Origin: an uncultured Bacteroidales bacterium
GTDB taxonomy: Bacteria; Bacteroidota; Bacteroidia; Bacteroidales; Bacteroidaceae
Reading direction: 5' to 3'
Assembly: GCA_902763865.1 (NCBI GenBank)
Contig: CACWTR010000002.1
Coordinates: 12,343 to 76,342 of the forward strand
DNA: 64,000 nt
Of the stretch, positions 1 to 8,839 are shown piece after piece; the first letter of the stretch is position 1; each line of letters begins with the position of its first letter. The position numbers were made by a program, and so were the translations under genes. The notes below the pieces were generated by a model. The model saw only the letters and a program-made list of their open reading frames with translations, searched no databases and had not been told where the DNA came from.

Positions 1-22
1 TTAACTTCTTTAACTTCCCACG
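1..22. repeat. edge-truncated arm of a hairpin built from GAAGTTAAN 9-mers
   Basis: TTAACTTCTTTAACTTCCC is the reverse complement of GGGAAGTTAAAGAAGTTAA, the same unit as the arms at 43878-43991. Confidence 0.4.
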
Positions 23-76
23 TATGAAATGGTTTATCTCTGTCTTGTAAAAGTTGCATCGTCACGTTATAAAACT

Positions 77-166
77 ATTTTCATGGTTTGAAAATCAATT
101 TTCACGTCATGAAAATATATTTTCACGCTTTGAAAATTAATTTTCACGTCGTGAAAATAGTTTTCC
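77..166. repeat. array of four phased 21-bp palindromic units ATTTTCA-N5-TGAAAAT plus a half unit
   Basis: Units start at 77, 98, 119 and 140, an exact 21-bp period. Each unit is a perfect 7-5-7 palindrome. A half site TTTTCC lies at 161-166. Confidence 0.9.
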
Positions 167-264
167 TTCCTGTCCCTTCGGGTTTGTTCTCTTGTTCTTT
201 CAGTTTTTCCATTGTCTTGCTGCAAGGTTGGCACCATGCATTGGTTCGTTTAAGTTTTCTGCTG

Positions 265-272
265 CAAAGGTA
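265..272 (-). promoter_or_regulatory. candidate Bacteroidota -7 box (TACCTTTG on minus strand) pointing left
   Basis: CAAAGGTA on the plus strand is TAnnTTTG in reverse. The GCTGCAAAGnTACG context recurs at 53180 and 59251. Confidence 0.4.
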
Positions 273-324
273 CGACAATTAGGAAATATCCTCCAAATTT
301 CTTGTTTATTTCGGAAAATATCAC

Positions 325-332
325 TAATTTTG
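325..332 (+). promoter_or_regulatory. candidate -7 box TAATTTTG for the Lrp/AsnC gene
   Basis: Matches TAnnTTTG, 70 nt upstream of the ATG at 402. Confidence 0.4.
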
Positions 333-401
333 CGTCGTCAGAAGAATATCTATCCAATCGGAGCTTCGTGAAGAGGCTCCGACAGAATAACATTCCAAAT
401 T

Positions 402-866
402 ATGGCAGAAACACTGGACGAAACCGACCGGCAGATACTGAAAACGCTGCAGAAAAACGCCAAATTGACCACCAAAGAGCTTGCCGATGCCGTGAATTTG
501 ACGCCCACTCCGGTCTTTGAAAGGCAGAAGCGCCTGGAACGCCGCGGCTATATCCGCAAGTACGTGGCGGTCCTCGACCCCGAGCGGCTCGGGCTGGGGC
601 TGCTCGTCTTCTGCAAGGTGAAGCTCAAGCAAATCAACCACGAGATAGCCGACAGCTTCGTCAGGCAGATTCAGCACCTGCCCGAAGTGGCGGAGTGCTA
701 CAACACGAGCGGTGCATACGACTATTTGTTAAAGGTACGCGCGCGCGACATGAAGCACTATCAGGAGTTTATTCTCCACAAGCTGGGCGAGATCGAGAAC
801 CTTGCCTCCATAGAGAGCACCTTCGTCATGAGCGTAGTCAAGCAGGACAGCGGCATCGCCTTCTGA
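402..866 (+). CDS. Lrp/AsnC-family transcriptional regulator
   Basis: 154-aa ORF. N-terminal HTH (DRQILKTLQKNAKLTTKELADAVNLTPTPVFERQKRLERRGYI) followed by an AsnC-type ligand-binding fold pattern. Confidence 0.9.
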   Translation: MAETLDETDRQILKTLQKNAKLTTKELADAVNLTPTPVFERQKRLERRGYIRKYVAVLDPERLGLGLLVFCKVKLKQINHEIADSFVRQIQHLPEVAECYNTSGAYDYLLKVRARDMKHYQEFILHKLGEIENLASIESTFVMSVVKQDSGIAF

Positions 867-926
867 CCGCTTTTTCCGTGCCACGCGATTAAACCTTTTG
901 CCTTGCCGGGCGTCATAATTAGTGGT

Positions 927-3896
927 ATGGGAAGGATTGTCCGCTACATCGTCCTGTTGTTGCTCCTGATGGCTACGGCCTTCATGATGAGCGCACAGGC
1001 ACAGAGACCGCAGACGGCGCTGCTCAACATCCGCGGCACCGTCTTCGAGAACCAGTCGCTGCAGCCGATGGAAGGTGCTGCCGTGAAGCTGCTGGGCGAG
1101 CGCGACTCGATGATAGCCGGCGTCACGACGAAGCAGAACGGCCAGTTCCTGCTGCCCGGCATCCCCGCTGCCACCTACACGCTGCAGGTGTCCTTCATGG
1201 GCTTCAAGACGCAGAAGTTCAAGCTGACGCTGCCGCAGAAGTCGGGTAATTTCAAGGTGGCCGACGTCATGATGCGCGAGGATGCCACGGTGATGGCCGA
1301 AGCCGTCGTCGAAGGCAAACTGCCGGAAATGACCGTCGTAGATGACACGGTGGCCTACAACGCCGATGCCTTCAAGCTGCCCGAAGGGTCGATGGTGGAG
1401 GACCTCATCAAGAAGCTGCCCGGCATCGTGCAGGACGAGAACGGAGGCTTCACCTTCAACGGCAAGAGCATCAGCCAGATTCTGGTCGATGGCAAGGAGT
1501 TCTTCGGAGGCAACCGCAACATGGTGCTGCAGAACCTGCCCGCTGAAATCGTCGATAAGGTGAAGGCCTACGACCGCAAGAGCGACATGGCACGCATCAC
1601 CGGCATTGATGACGGCAACGAAAGGACAGTGCTCGACCTCGCCATCAAGAAAGACAAGAAGAAAGGCTTCTTCGGCAATGCCGACGGCTCGTACGGCACC
1701 CGCGACCGCTACAACGGACGTCTGAACGCCAACACGTTCCGCGGGGACCAGAAGTTCAGCGTCGTGGGCAATGCCAACAACACGCAGGGCAACGGCCTGA
1801 CGGACCGCCAGACCATAGGCGCCACAATGAATTGGGAGAAGCGCAACGAGAAGGCCGACGGCACCACAAGCGAGCTGGAACTGAACGGCAGCGCCAGCGG
1901 CAACTTCCAGCAAAGCAGCAGCGCCTCGCAGTCCAACACCCAGAACTTCGAGCTCAGGAACTCGGCCTATTCGGCCAGCAAAAACTACAACAGCAACCGT
2001 TCCGGCAGTTTCGACTTCCAGTACAAAGTGGAATGGAAGCCCGACTCGACGTGGAACATCCTCTTCCGCCCCGAATTCAGCTACGGCAAGAACAGCGGCT
2101 CCGGCGGCAACGAGTCGGCCACCTGGAACGACGACCCCTTCCAGTTCTCCGCCACACCCCTGGACGACTACCGCCGACTGGCCAGCAGCATCGGCGTGAA
2201 CCATCGCGTGAGCGCCAACTCGAGCCGCTCGCGCGACATCAACGCATCCGCCTCCCTGCAGGTCAACAAACGGCTCGGGAAGCCCGGACGCAACGTCACC
2301 CTCAACCTGGGCGGCGGCTACGGCGACTCCGACAACAGCAGCAACAACTACTCGCAGACCGACTACTACCTCATCCAGGCACTCAACGGCGGCGACTCCA
2401 TCTACCATAAGGCACAGTTCAACCAGGGGGACCAGTACAACTACAACTTCAGTGCCCGCGTCAGCTACAGCGAGCCCATCGCCTACCAGACCTTCCTGCA
2501 GCTGACCTACAACTACCGATACTCCTTCCGCGACAACAACCGCGACGTCCGCTCCATCTTCGACCCCTACAACGACATGCTGGGCGTCAGTGCCGACAAC
2601 TACGACCAGTTCCGCGACAGCCCCTACGCCCTCCCCGACAGGCAGCAGTGCAGCTATACCCGCAACATCGGGCAGAACCACGACGTCCGCCTCCAGCTGC
2701 GCATGAACAAGACGCGCTACAGGCTGACCGTCGGAGCCAACGTGCAGCCGCAAGTCAGCAGGGTCGATTACCAGAAGGGGCGCATCGACACGCTCCTGCG
2801 CCGCACCGTCGTCAACGCATCCCCCGTCGTCAACTTCCAGTACAAGTTCAGCCGCCAGGAGCAGCTCGAGTTCCGCTACAATGCCGACACGGGATGGCCC
2901 AACATCACCGACATGATTCCCGACACGCTCTCCGACGCCAACCCCCTCAACATCCGCATAGGCAACGCCGGACTCAAACCCAGCTTCACACAGCACATCA
3001 GCTTCGACTACCGCAAGTCCATCCCTGACCTGCAGCGCACAATGGCCGTCAACCTGCAGTTCCACACGACACGCAACGGCACAACCAACCGCACCGAGTA
3101 CAACGAAGTGACGGGTGGGCGCATCACCATGCCCGTCAACGTCAACGGCAACTGGAACGCCTCCACCTCCTTCAACTTCAATACGGCACTCGACCGGAAC
3201 AAGCACTGGCACATCAACACAAACACCCGGGCCAGCTTCTCCAACGCAGTCGGCTACCTCTACAGGAGCAAGGACAAGATGACGGTAGAGAACCAAACGC
3301 GCAGCGGCAACTTTAGCCAATGGGCACGCCTCACGTTCCGGAAGGACTGGGAAAGCGGCTGGCAGGTCGAGGCAAACGTCAACGGCTACTTCCGGTATAA
3401 CCTCAACCGGAGTACAAACGCCACAGCCTCGAACCTCGACAACTACAACTTCAACTACGGCGGAAGCTTTGTCATCACCACTCCCTGGGGTATGACCATC
3501 AGCAGCGACATCAGCCAGCAGAGCAGAAGAGGGTATTCCGATGAGGCCATGAACACCAACCACCTCATCTGGAACGGCAGCATCAGCCAGCGCTTCTTGC
3601 CTCGCAGACAGCTGACCATCAGCTTGCGGGCCGTGGATATTCTCGACGAGCGCGACGACGTGAACCGCAGCATCAGCGCCACAAGCCGCACCGACACGCG
3701 GAACGAGATGGTTCGCAGCTACGTCCTCCTCTCAGCCAACTGGCACTTCGGACGCTTCGGCGGACGCGGACAGAGAGGTGGCAATCGCGGCGGAGATGAC
3801 GGAGACCGCGGCGGCGAAAGCCGAGGCTCCCGTGGCGGAGACGGGCCCCGCGGCGGCTTCGGAGGCGGTGGCTTCGGCGGCGGCAGAGGGCATTGA
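927..3896 (+). CDS. outer-membrane beta-barrel protein (CarboxypepD_reg-like plus plug-like N-terminus, OMP_b-brl_3 type) with an RGG-rich C-terminal tail
   Basis: The ATG at 927 gives a signal-like MGRIVRYIVLLLLLMATAFMMSAQA. IRGTVFENQSLQPMEGAAVKL matches a regulatory-like domain. The rest is a long Asn/Ser/Tyr-rich barrel. The last ~45 aa are Arg/Gly repeats. Confidence 0.8.
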   Translation: MGRIVRYIVLLLLLMATAFMMSAQAQRPQTALLNIRGTVFENQSLQPMEGAAVKLLGERDSMIAGVTTKQNGQFLLPGIPAATYTLQVSFMGFKTQKFKLTLPQKSGNFKVADVMMREDATVMAEAVVEGKLPEMTVVDDTVAYNADAFKLPEGSMVEDLIKKLPGIVQDENGGFTFNGKSISQILVDGKEFFGGNRNMVLQNLPAEIVDKVKAYDRKSDMARITGIDDGNERTVLDLAIKKDKKKGFFGNADGSYGTRDRYNGRLNANTFRGDQKFSVVGNANNTQGNGLTDRQTIGATMNWEKRNEKADGTTSELELNGSASGNFQQSSSASQSNTQNFELRNSAYSASKNYNSNRSGSFDFQYKVEWKPDSTWNILFRPEFSYGKNSGSGGNESATWNDDPFQFSATPLDDYRRLASSIGVNHRVSANSSRSRDINASASLQVNKRLGKPGRNVTLNLGGGYGDSDNSSNNYSQTDYYLIQALNGGDSIYHKAQFNQGDQYNYNFSARVSYSEPIAYQTFLQLTYNYRYSFRDNNRDVRSIFDPYNDMLGVSADNYDQFRDSPYALPDRQQCSYTRNIGQNHDVRLQLRMNKTRYRLTVGANVQPQVSRVDYQKGRIDTLLRRTVVNASPVVNFQYKFSRQEQLEFRYNADTGWPNITDMIPDTLSDANPLNIRIGNAGLKPSFTQHISFDYRKSIPDLQRTMAVNLQFHTTRNGTTNRTEYNEVTGGRITMPVNVNGNWNASTSFNFNTALDRNKHWHINTNTRASFSNAVGYLYRSKDKMTVENQTRSGNFSQWARLTFRKDWESGWQVEANVNGYFRYNLNRSTNATASNLDNYNFNYGGSFVITTPWGMTISSDISQQSRRGYSDEAMNTNHLIWNGSISQRFLPRRQLTISLRAVDILDERDDVNRSISATSRTDTRNEMVRSYVLLSANWHFGRFGGRGQRGGNRGGDDGDRGGESRGSRGGDGPRGGFGGGGFGGGRGH

Positions 3897-3968
3897 CAGT
3901 CCCGAATCGGCAGATTGCGCCGTTGGTCGCCTTGGCTTCAGCCCGTAGCAGCAAGGGCAGGACAGGTC

Positions 3969-4655
3969 TTACTGCTCAACGACCATGCGGATGATGACGA
4001 CGTCGGAAAGTGGACGGTCGTTCTTGTCCGTCTCAACCTCTTGTATCTTCTTGACCACTTTCATGCCCTCGATGACTTCGCCAAAGACGGTGTAGGTGCC
4101 GTCGAGGTGAGGTGTGCCTCCGCGCATGACATAGTCATCGACCATGTAGGGCGTAAGCTCCACGCCTCTCTCTTCGAGGATGGGCCGTACTTTTCGTATG
4201 TCGGCGGGAGCCTGCTTCTTTCCATAGACGATGTAGAACTGGCAGCCGCTGCTCCTCATTTCCGGATTGACATCGTCGGGCTCGCGTGCCGCAGCCAGTG
4301 CTCCCCGCCAGTGATACCAGTAGGGCAGGCAGATTTCGGCAGGAATCGTGTAGCCTATGTCGCCTTCGCCCAGCAGCTTGCCGGGTTCGGCTCCGCGGCT
4401 GTCGGGGTCGCCGCCCTGTATCATGAAGTCCTTGATGCAGCGATGGAAGAGTGTGCCGTCGTAGAATCCCTGTCGTGCAAGCTTGAGGAAGTTCTTGCTG
4501 TGCAGGGGAGTGTCGTCGGAGAGGGCGACACGGATTTTGCCCATGTTCGTTTCGATGCGGACGACGTGACGTTTCTCCTTGGGCTTGGCTTCGGCAGAGA
4601 GGATGCCAAGGCTGAGGAGGACGGTGACGATGAGGAACAGGTGATTATGTTTCAT
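3969..4655 (-). CDS. cyclophilin-type peptidyl-prolyl cis-trans isomerase, secreted
   Basis: FHRCIKDFMIQGGDP signature. The Met at 4655 gives signal peptide MKHNHLFLIVTVLLSLGILSA. It overlaps the upstream gene stop by 11 nt. Confidence 0.9.
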   Translation of the reverse strand: MKHNHLFLIVTVLLSLGILSAEAKPKEKRHVVRIETNMGKIRVALSDDTPLHSKNFLKLARQGFYDGTLFHRCIKDFMIQGGDPDSRGAEPGKLLGEGDIGYTIPAEICLPYWYHWRGALAAAREPDDVNPEMRSSGCQFYIVYGKKQAPADIRKVRPILEERGVELTPYMVDDYVMRGGTPHLDGTYTVFGEVIEGMKVVKKIQEVETDKNDRPLSDVVIIRMVVEQ

Positions 4656-5745
4656 AGCGTTTGATGATATTTGCAACTTCTTTGCCACATAGGTTTATGT
4701 TATAGTATTGTTCCGCCAGTCTGCGGCCACGTCTGCCCATCGCCTCGGCTTCTTCGGGGTGTGCGGCTATGTGGCGGAGCCTGTCCTTCCAGCCCTCCAC
4801 GTCGCCCGGTTCAAGCCAGAAGCCGCAGCCCTCTGCCTCGATGTCCATCGGCATCTGCGGGTTGCGCGTGCACAGGATGGGCAGTCCCAGGGCCAAGGCT
4901 TCGACTACGGTGGTCAGCCCTACGGTGTAGTTGCTCTTCTGGCAGCAGATGCAGACGCAGCGGCTTCGTGCCACCAGCTGCGCTATCTCGTGGGGGATGG
5001 GGCGGTCGCCGTAGTGGAGGTCGATGTTGGGACCGATGAGTCGGAGTCCTTCGAAGTAGGCTTGCCGCCGCTTCTCGGCGAAGAGCGTCAGGGACAGTCC
5101 CGTCTCGTGGAACGCTTGGAGCAGTGTTTCATAGTCGCGCAGCTCTTTGCCGGTGGAGATGAAGGGGCAGGGGGCAGGGGGCAAGGGGCATGAGGATTGC
5201 TGAGGGGAATTGTGTTCTCTTGTCCCTTGCTCCTTGCTTCTTGTTTGCTCCTTCATTCTGTCGTAGTACTCCAGGTCGGCTCCCCAGTGCACCATGCTCA
5301 TGCGCCGCGGGTCGGCCTTCTTGGAGAGAAGGCTGTCCTGCATGAGTTTCCGGGAGAAGAAGATCATGTGGTCCATGCCCCGGTAGAAGCAGCGTGCCAG
5401 TGCCTCGCGCAGAGGATTGCGGGCGCGGACGATGGGCTGGTGGTGCCATACGACGATGGGGTGGCGGTAGAGCTTCATGGCCCGCAGCAGGATGATAGGC
5501 TCGATGCCGTAGGTGTGGGTGGCGTAGAGGACGTCGTAGTGCTTGCGGCAGGTGAGGATTTTCCATGTGGCTCGGAGCATGTCGCGCAGCCGTCGGTAGG
5601 TATGCTTCTGGTGGTGCCAAACGACGTCGATACCGCTGTCGGCCAGTTGCAGAGCCCCGTAGAGGAAATGCGAGGGAAAGGTCCCTTGCCTCCATTCCCT
5701 GACGATGCGCTCCGTGTCCTGCGTATGATAGAAATAGACGGTCAT
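4645..5745 (-). CDS. GT-B fold glycosyltransferase (family 4-like)
   Basis: 366-aa ORF with a C-terminal GT1/GT4-like Rossmann region (GLTTVVEALALGLPILCTRNPQMP). ATGA start/stop overlap with the flippase gene. Confidence 0.8.
   Translation of the reverse strand: MTVYFYHTQDTERIVREWRQGTFPSHFLYGALQLADSGIDVVWHHQKHTYRRLRDMLRATWKILTCRKHYDVLYATHTYGIEPIILLRAMKLYRHPIVVWHHQPIVRARNPLREALARCFYRGMDHMIFFSRKLMQDSLLSKKADPRRMSMVHWGADLEYYDRMKEQTRSKEQGTREHNSPQQSSCPLPPAPCPFISTGKELRDYETLLQAFHETGLSLTLFAEKRRQAYFEGLRLIGPNIDLHYGDRPIPHEIAQLVARSRCVCICCQKSNYTVGLTTVVEALALGLPILCTRNPQMPMDIEAEGCGFWLEPGDVEGWKDRLRHIAAHPEEAEAMGRRGRRLAEQYYNINLCGKEVANIIKRYET
5164..5254. repeat. imperfect palindromic G-rich/C-rich element inserted in frame in the glycosyltransferase gene; contains a four-run G-tract
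   Basis: Left arm GGGGCAGGGGGCAGGGGGCAAGGGGCA (5164-5190). Right arm TTGTCCCTTGCTCCTTGCTTCTTGTTTGCTCCTTC (5220-5254) is the complement type of GGAGCAAGG units. Translated as KEQTRSKEQGTREHNSPQQSSCPLPPAPCPF. Confidence 0.8.
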
Positions 5746-7184
5746 CTGTGCCTGTTAAATATATAATGTATGGTTTCGCGCATGATTTTTGCGCCGCTCA
5801 CCCACATGATGCCGGCGTAGAGCACCGAGGCGATGAGGATGCGGCTCAGGAGCAACAGCCACAGGCTTCCGATGCCTCGGGTGAGCCACCATGTAGCTCC
5901 GAGCACAAGGAGGGTGAAGCCGAGGAACGGCATCGTGTCCTTCAGGGCTTCCGCGAAGGTGAGGCCCGTCAGTCGCCGTGCCCACCACTGCCAAATCAGT
6001 AGCCAGGCTATGTTGAGCGTGACGAAGTAGATGACCATCGGCAGCAGTCCATAAGGGTAGAGCAGCAGCAGTCCGGCCCAGACGGCCAGGCACTGTGCAA
6101 TGGTGCACCCCATGTTGATGCCGCTTCGGCCCCGGCTGATGGTCAGGTTGCTGTAGAGGGTCGTGATGGGGACGAAGGCTCCGTGGATGCAGAGCAGGGA
6201 GAGCAGCATACCGCTCTCGCGCCACTTCTCGCCTCCGGCCAGCAGGATGAACTCCTGCGCCACCAGCCCCAGGCCGAGCATGGCGGGGAAGCTGACGAAG
6301 CTGACGAAGCGCAGCATCTTGCGGAAGACCTGGCGGTAGCGTCCCGTCTCGTCTGCCACCTGAGCCAGTGTGGGCTGTGCCACGCCCGTCACCATCGAGT
6401 TTATCGTGCCGGAGGCCATGTCGCTCCATTTGCGTGCCGTGGAATAGACGCCGGCGGTGTGGTCGCCGAAGAACTTGCCCAGCAGGACGGAGAAGGCGTG
6501 CAGGTTGCAGATGTTCACAATGTTGGTGAGCATCAGCTTGCTGCTGAAGCCGAACATCTTCCATGCGGGGGCAAGGGTCCGCGGTGCTGTCGGCCTCCAC
6601 GGAGAGAAGTGCCAGGCCGCCAGTTGCGTGACGAGGACGAAGCAGACGGCCTGCGCCACGATGGCCCAATGGGCAAAGCCCTGCACGGCCATCGTCACGC
6701 CGACAATGCCGGAGACGAACATGGCGGAGAGCGAGCAGATGCTTGTCTGCCGCACCATCAGGTGGCCGAAGAGGTAGGCGCGCTGCACCGTGCCGAGTCC
6801 GGAGAGCAGGAAGCCGAGGAAGAGCACCCGCGCAAGCGGCGTCAGGTCGCTGTCCCCGTAGAAGTCGGCAATCAGGGGCGCACAGAACCAGAGGACGGCG
6901 TAGAGCGTAAGGCTGACCAGGATGTTGAACCAGAAGACGGAGTTGTACTCCTCGTGGGTCGGCTCTTTCCTGTTGCAGAGGGCTGCAATGAAGCCGCTCT
7001 CCTGCAAGGCACTGGCCAGGGCTGCAAAGATGTTCAGCATCGCCACCTTGCCCTGGTCCGCCGGCGTCAGGTAACGCAGCAGGACCAGCCCGAACACGGC
7101 GCCCATCAGCTGCATAAGGCCGTTGGACATTCCGCCCCAGAGTATGCCTTTCGCTGTCCTTTCTTTCAGAGAATTCTCTTCCAT
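5742..7184 (-). CDS. Wzx-like polysaccharide flippase (MOP superfamily)
   Basis: Multi-TM ORF. The start MEENSLKERTAKGILWGG at 7184 is preferred over the track start at 7223. Tight operon with the GT4 gene. Confidence 0.8.
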   Translation of the reverse strand: MEENSLKERTAKGILWGGMSNGLMQLMGAVFGLVLLRYLTPADQGKVAMLNIFAALASALQESGFIAALCNRKEPTHEEYNSVFWFNILVSLTLYAVLWFCAPLIADFYGDSDLTPLARVLFLGFLLSGLGTVQRAYLFGHLMVRQTSICSLSAMFVSGIVGVTMAVQGFAHWAIVAQAVCFVLVTQLAAWHFSPWRPTAPRTLAPAWKMFGFSSKLMLTNIVNICNLHAFSVLLGKFFGDHTAGVYSTARKWSDMASGTINSMVTGVAQPTLAQVADETGRYRQVFRKMLRFVSFVSFPAMLGLGLVAQEFILLAGGEKWRESGMLLSLLCIHGAFVPITTLYSNLTISRGRSGINMGCTIAQCLAVWAGLLLLYPYGLLPMVIYFVTLNIAWLLIWQWWARRLTGLTFAEALKDTMPFLGFTLLVLGATWWLTRGIGSLWLLLLSRILIASVLYAGIMWVSGAKIMRETIHYIFNRHR

Positions 7185-7326
7185 TGCCCTGCAAAAGTCA
7201 CGAAAGAACGAGAGAAGGGCCAATTACATTTGAGCTTTTCCGGGTACAAGTAACTTCGGCAGAGCCAAAGAAACGGAAGAAGCTGAAACTGTCCGCCGCA
7301 GTCATTCGTTTCGCAGATGCTCTTTG

Positions 7327-8481
7327 CTACAGAATCTGATGATACAGGTCGATGATGTCCTGTTTGCTGACGGGACGCGGATTGCCTGGTGTGCAGACAT
7401 CGTTGATGGCTTGCTCGGCCAGCGCCTCTATGTCCTTCTCGGCAATACCGAGGTCGCTGAGCCGTTTGTTGGTGCCGACCATTGCACTCAGCTCTTCGAT
7501 GGCCTTGCATGCGGCTTCGGCAGCCTCGTCGGTGGTCATCGTGGGCTGATAGACGCCACAGGCCTTGGCTATCTCCACATATTTCTGCTTGGCGGCTGGC
7601 ATGTTGAAGCGCATCACGGTGGGCAGCAGCATGGCACAGGCCACGCCATGGGGCACGTCGAAGAGGGCACTCAGCGGATGCGCCATACCATGATCCACGC
7701 CCAGACCTACATTCGAGAAGGCCATGCCGGCCACGTACTGGGCCACAGCCATTCCGTCGCGCCCCACAGGGTTCGTGGGCTCATTGACAGCCACGGGCAG
7801 GTACTTGTGTATCATCTCGATGGCCTTCACCTCGAACATGTCGCTCAGCTCCCAGGCAGCCTTCGTGATGAGTCCCTCGATGGCATGTGTCATGGCATCC
7901 ATGCCGGTGGCTGCCGTGAGGCTCTTGGGCAGAGAATACATCAGTTCGGCATCGATAATGGCCACGCAGGGGATGTCGTTCGGATCGACGCAGACCATCT
8001 TAGCCTGGCGCGACTCATCGATGATGACGTAGTTGATGGTCGTCTCGGCTGCTGTGCCGGCTGTGGTGGGCAGGGCGATGATGGGCAGCGACTTCTTCTT
8101 CGTGTCTGCCACGCCCTCCAGCGAGACGATGTCGTCGAACTCGGGGTTGTTCACCACGATGCCGATGCCCTTGGCCGTGTCCATCGACGAGCCGCCGCCG
8201 ATAGCCACGATGAAGTCGGCCTGTGCGCGCTTGCAGGCCTCGATGCCGTTCTTCACGTTGGTCACGGTGGGATTGGGCTTCACATCGTCGAATATCTCGT
8301 AGGCGATACCGGCCTCATCCATCACATCGAGCACCTTCCGGGCCACGCCAAACTGCATCAGACCTTTGTCTGTGACTACGAGGGCCTTGCGGAATCCGAA
8401 TCTTTTCACTACTCCAGGCAGCTCCTTCCGGGCGCCAGGACCGAAGTACGATACTTCGTTAAGAATAAATCTGTTTACCAT
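7327..8481 (-). CDS. fucO: iron-containing alcohol dehydrogenase, lactaldehyde reductase-like
   Basis: GGGSSMDTAKG and HGMAHPLSALFDVPHG motifs. Start MVNRFILNE at 8481. Confidence 0.85.
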   Translation of the reverse strand: MVNRFILNEVSYFGPGARKELPGVVKRFGFRKALVVTDKGLMQFGVARKVLDVMDEAGIAYEIFDDVKPNPTVTNVKNGIEACKRAQADFIVAIGGGSSMDTAKGIGIVVNNPEFDDIVSLEGVADTKKKSLPIIALPTTAGTAAETTINYVIIDESRQAKMVCVDPNDIPCVAIIDAELMYSLPKSLTAATGMDAMTHAIEGLITKAAWELSDMFEVKAIEMIHKYLPVAVNEPTNPVGRDGMAVAQYVAGMAFSNVGLGVDHGMAHPLSALFDVPHGVACAMLLPTVMRFNMPAAKQKYVEIAKACGVYQPTMTTDEAAEAACKAIEELSAMVGTNKRLSDLGIAEKDIEALAEQAINDVCTPGNPRPVSKQDIIDLYHQIL

Positions 8482-8683
8482 AGTTTTAGATGTTTTCGGG
8501 TGTAAAGTTACGAAAAAAACACCAATCCCCAAAATTTTTCAGTTTAATTCGTGGCTTTTTGAGAGCAAGTGCGGTGCTTTCAATAATTTTGCCACTTCTG
8601 CATCGAGCAGAGGCTGTTCCGACCTGGCCAGGAGAACGAACCCTTCCACAAGAGGATGTGTCAAAACAATGAAGAAGTTTCCA

Positions 8684-8770
8684 AACCACGAATTGCACGA
8701 ATTACACGAATTTATAATTAGCTGGCAAACAGCAGTTGAATAATTCGTGTAATTCGTGCAATTCGTGGTT
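8684..8770. repeat. perfect 29-bp inverted repeat whose arms are three tandem CACGAATTR 9-mers
   Basis: AACCACGAATTGCACGAATTACACGAATT (8684-8712) pairs exactly with AATTCGTGTAATTCGTGCAATTCGTGGTT (8742-8770). The loop is 29 nt. Confidence 0.95.
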
Positions 8771-8814
8771 AAAGCAAAAAAGGGGGCTGTGCCATTCGTT
8801 CTGACACAGCCCCC
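8771..8814 (-). terminator. Rho-independent-type terminator read on the minus strand
   Basis: 10-bp stem GGGGGCTGTG (8782-8791) / CACAGCCCCC (8805-8814). On the minus strand it is followed by TTTTTTGCTTT. Confidence 0.5.
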
Positions 8815-8839
8815 TGAAATGCGGTTCATCATCTCACGA

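Noticed and set aside
88-282. 64-aa ORF MKINFHVMKIYFHALKINFHV...
   Set aside because: It is only the translation of the 21-bp palindromic repeat array. The periodic peptide reflects the DNA repeat, not a gene.
729-3563. Very long antisense ORFs opposite well-supported genes. This 944-aa ORF is one; others are 22864-24195, 26592-28025, 28675-29853, 30524-31963, 44644-46314 and 61948-63735.
   Set aside because: These are shadow ORFs typical of GC-rich coding DNA. Their translations are Ala/Gly/Val/Arg/His-rich with no family motifs, and each is fully overlapped by an ORF with clear signatures on the other strand.
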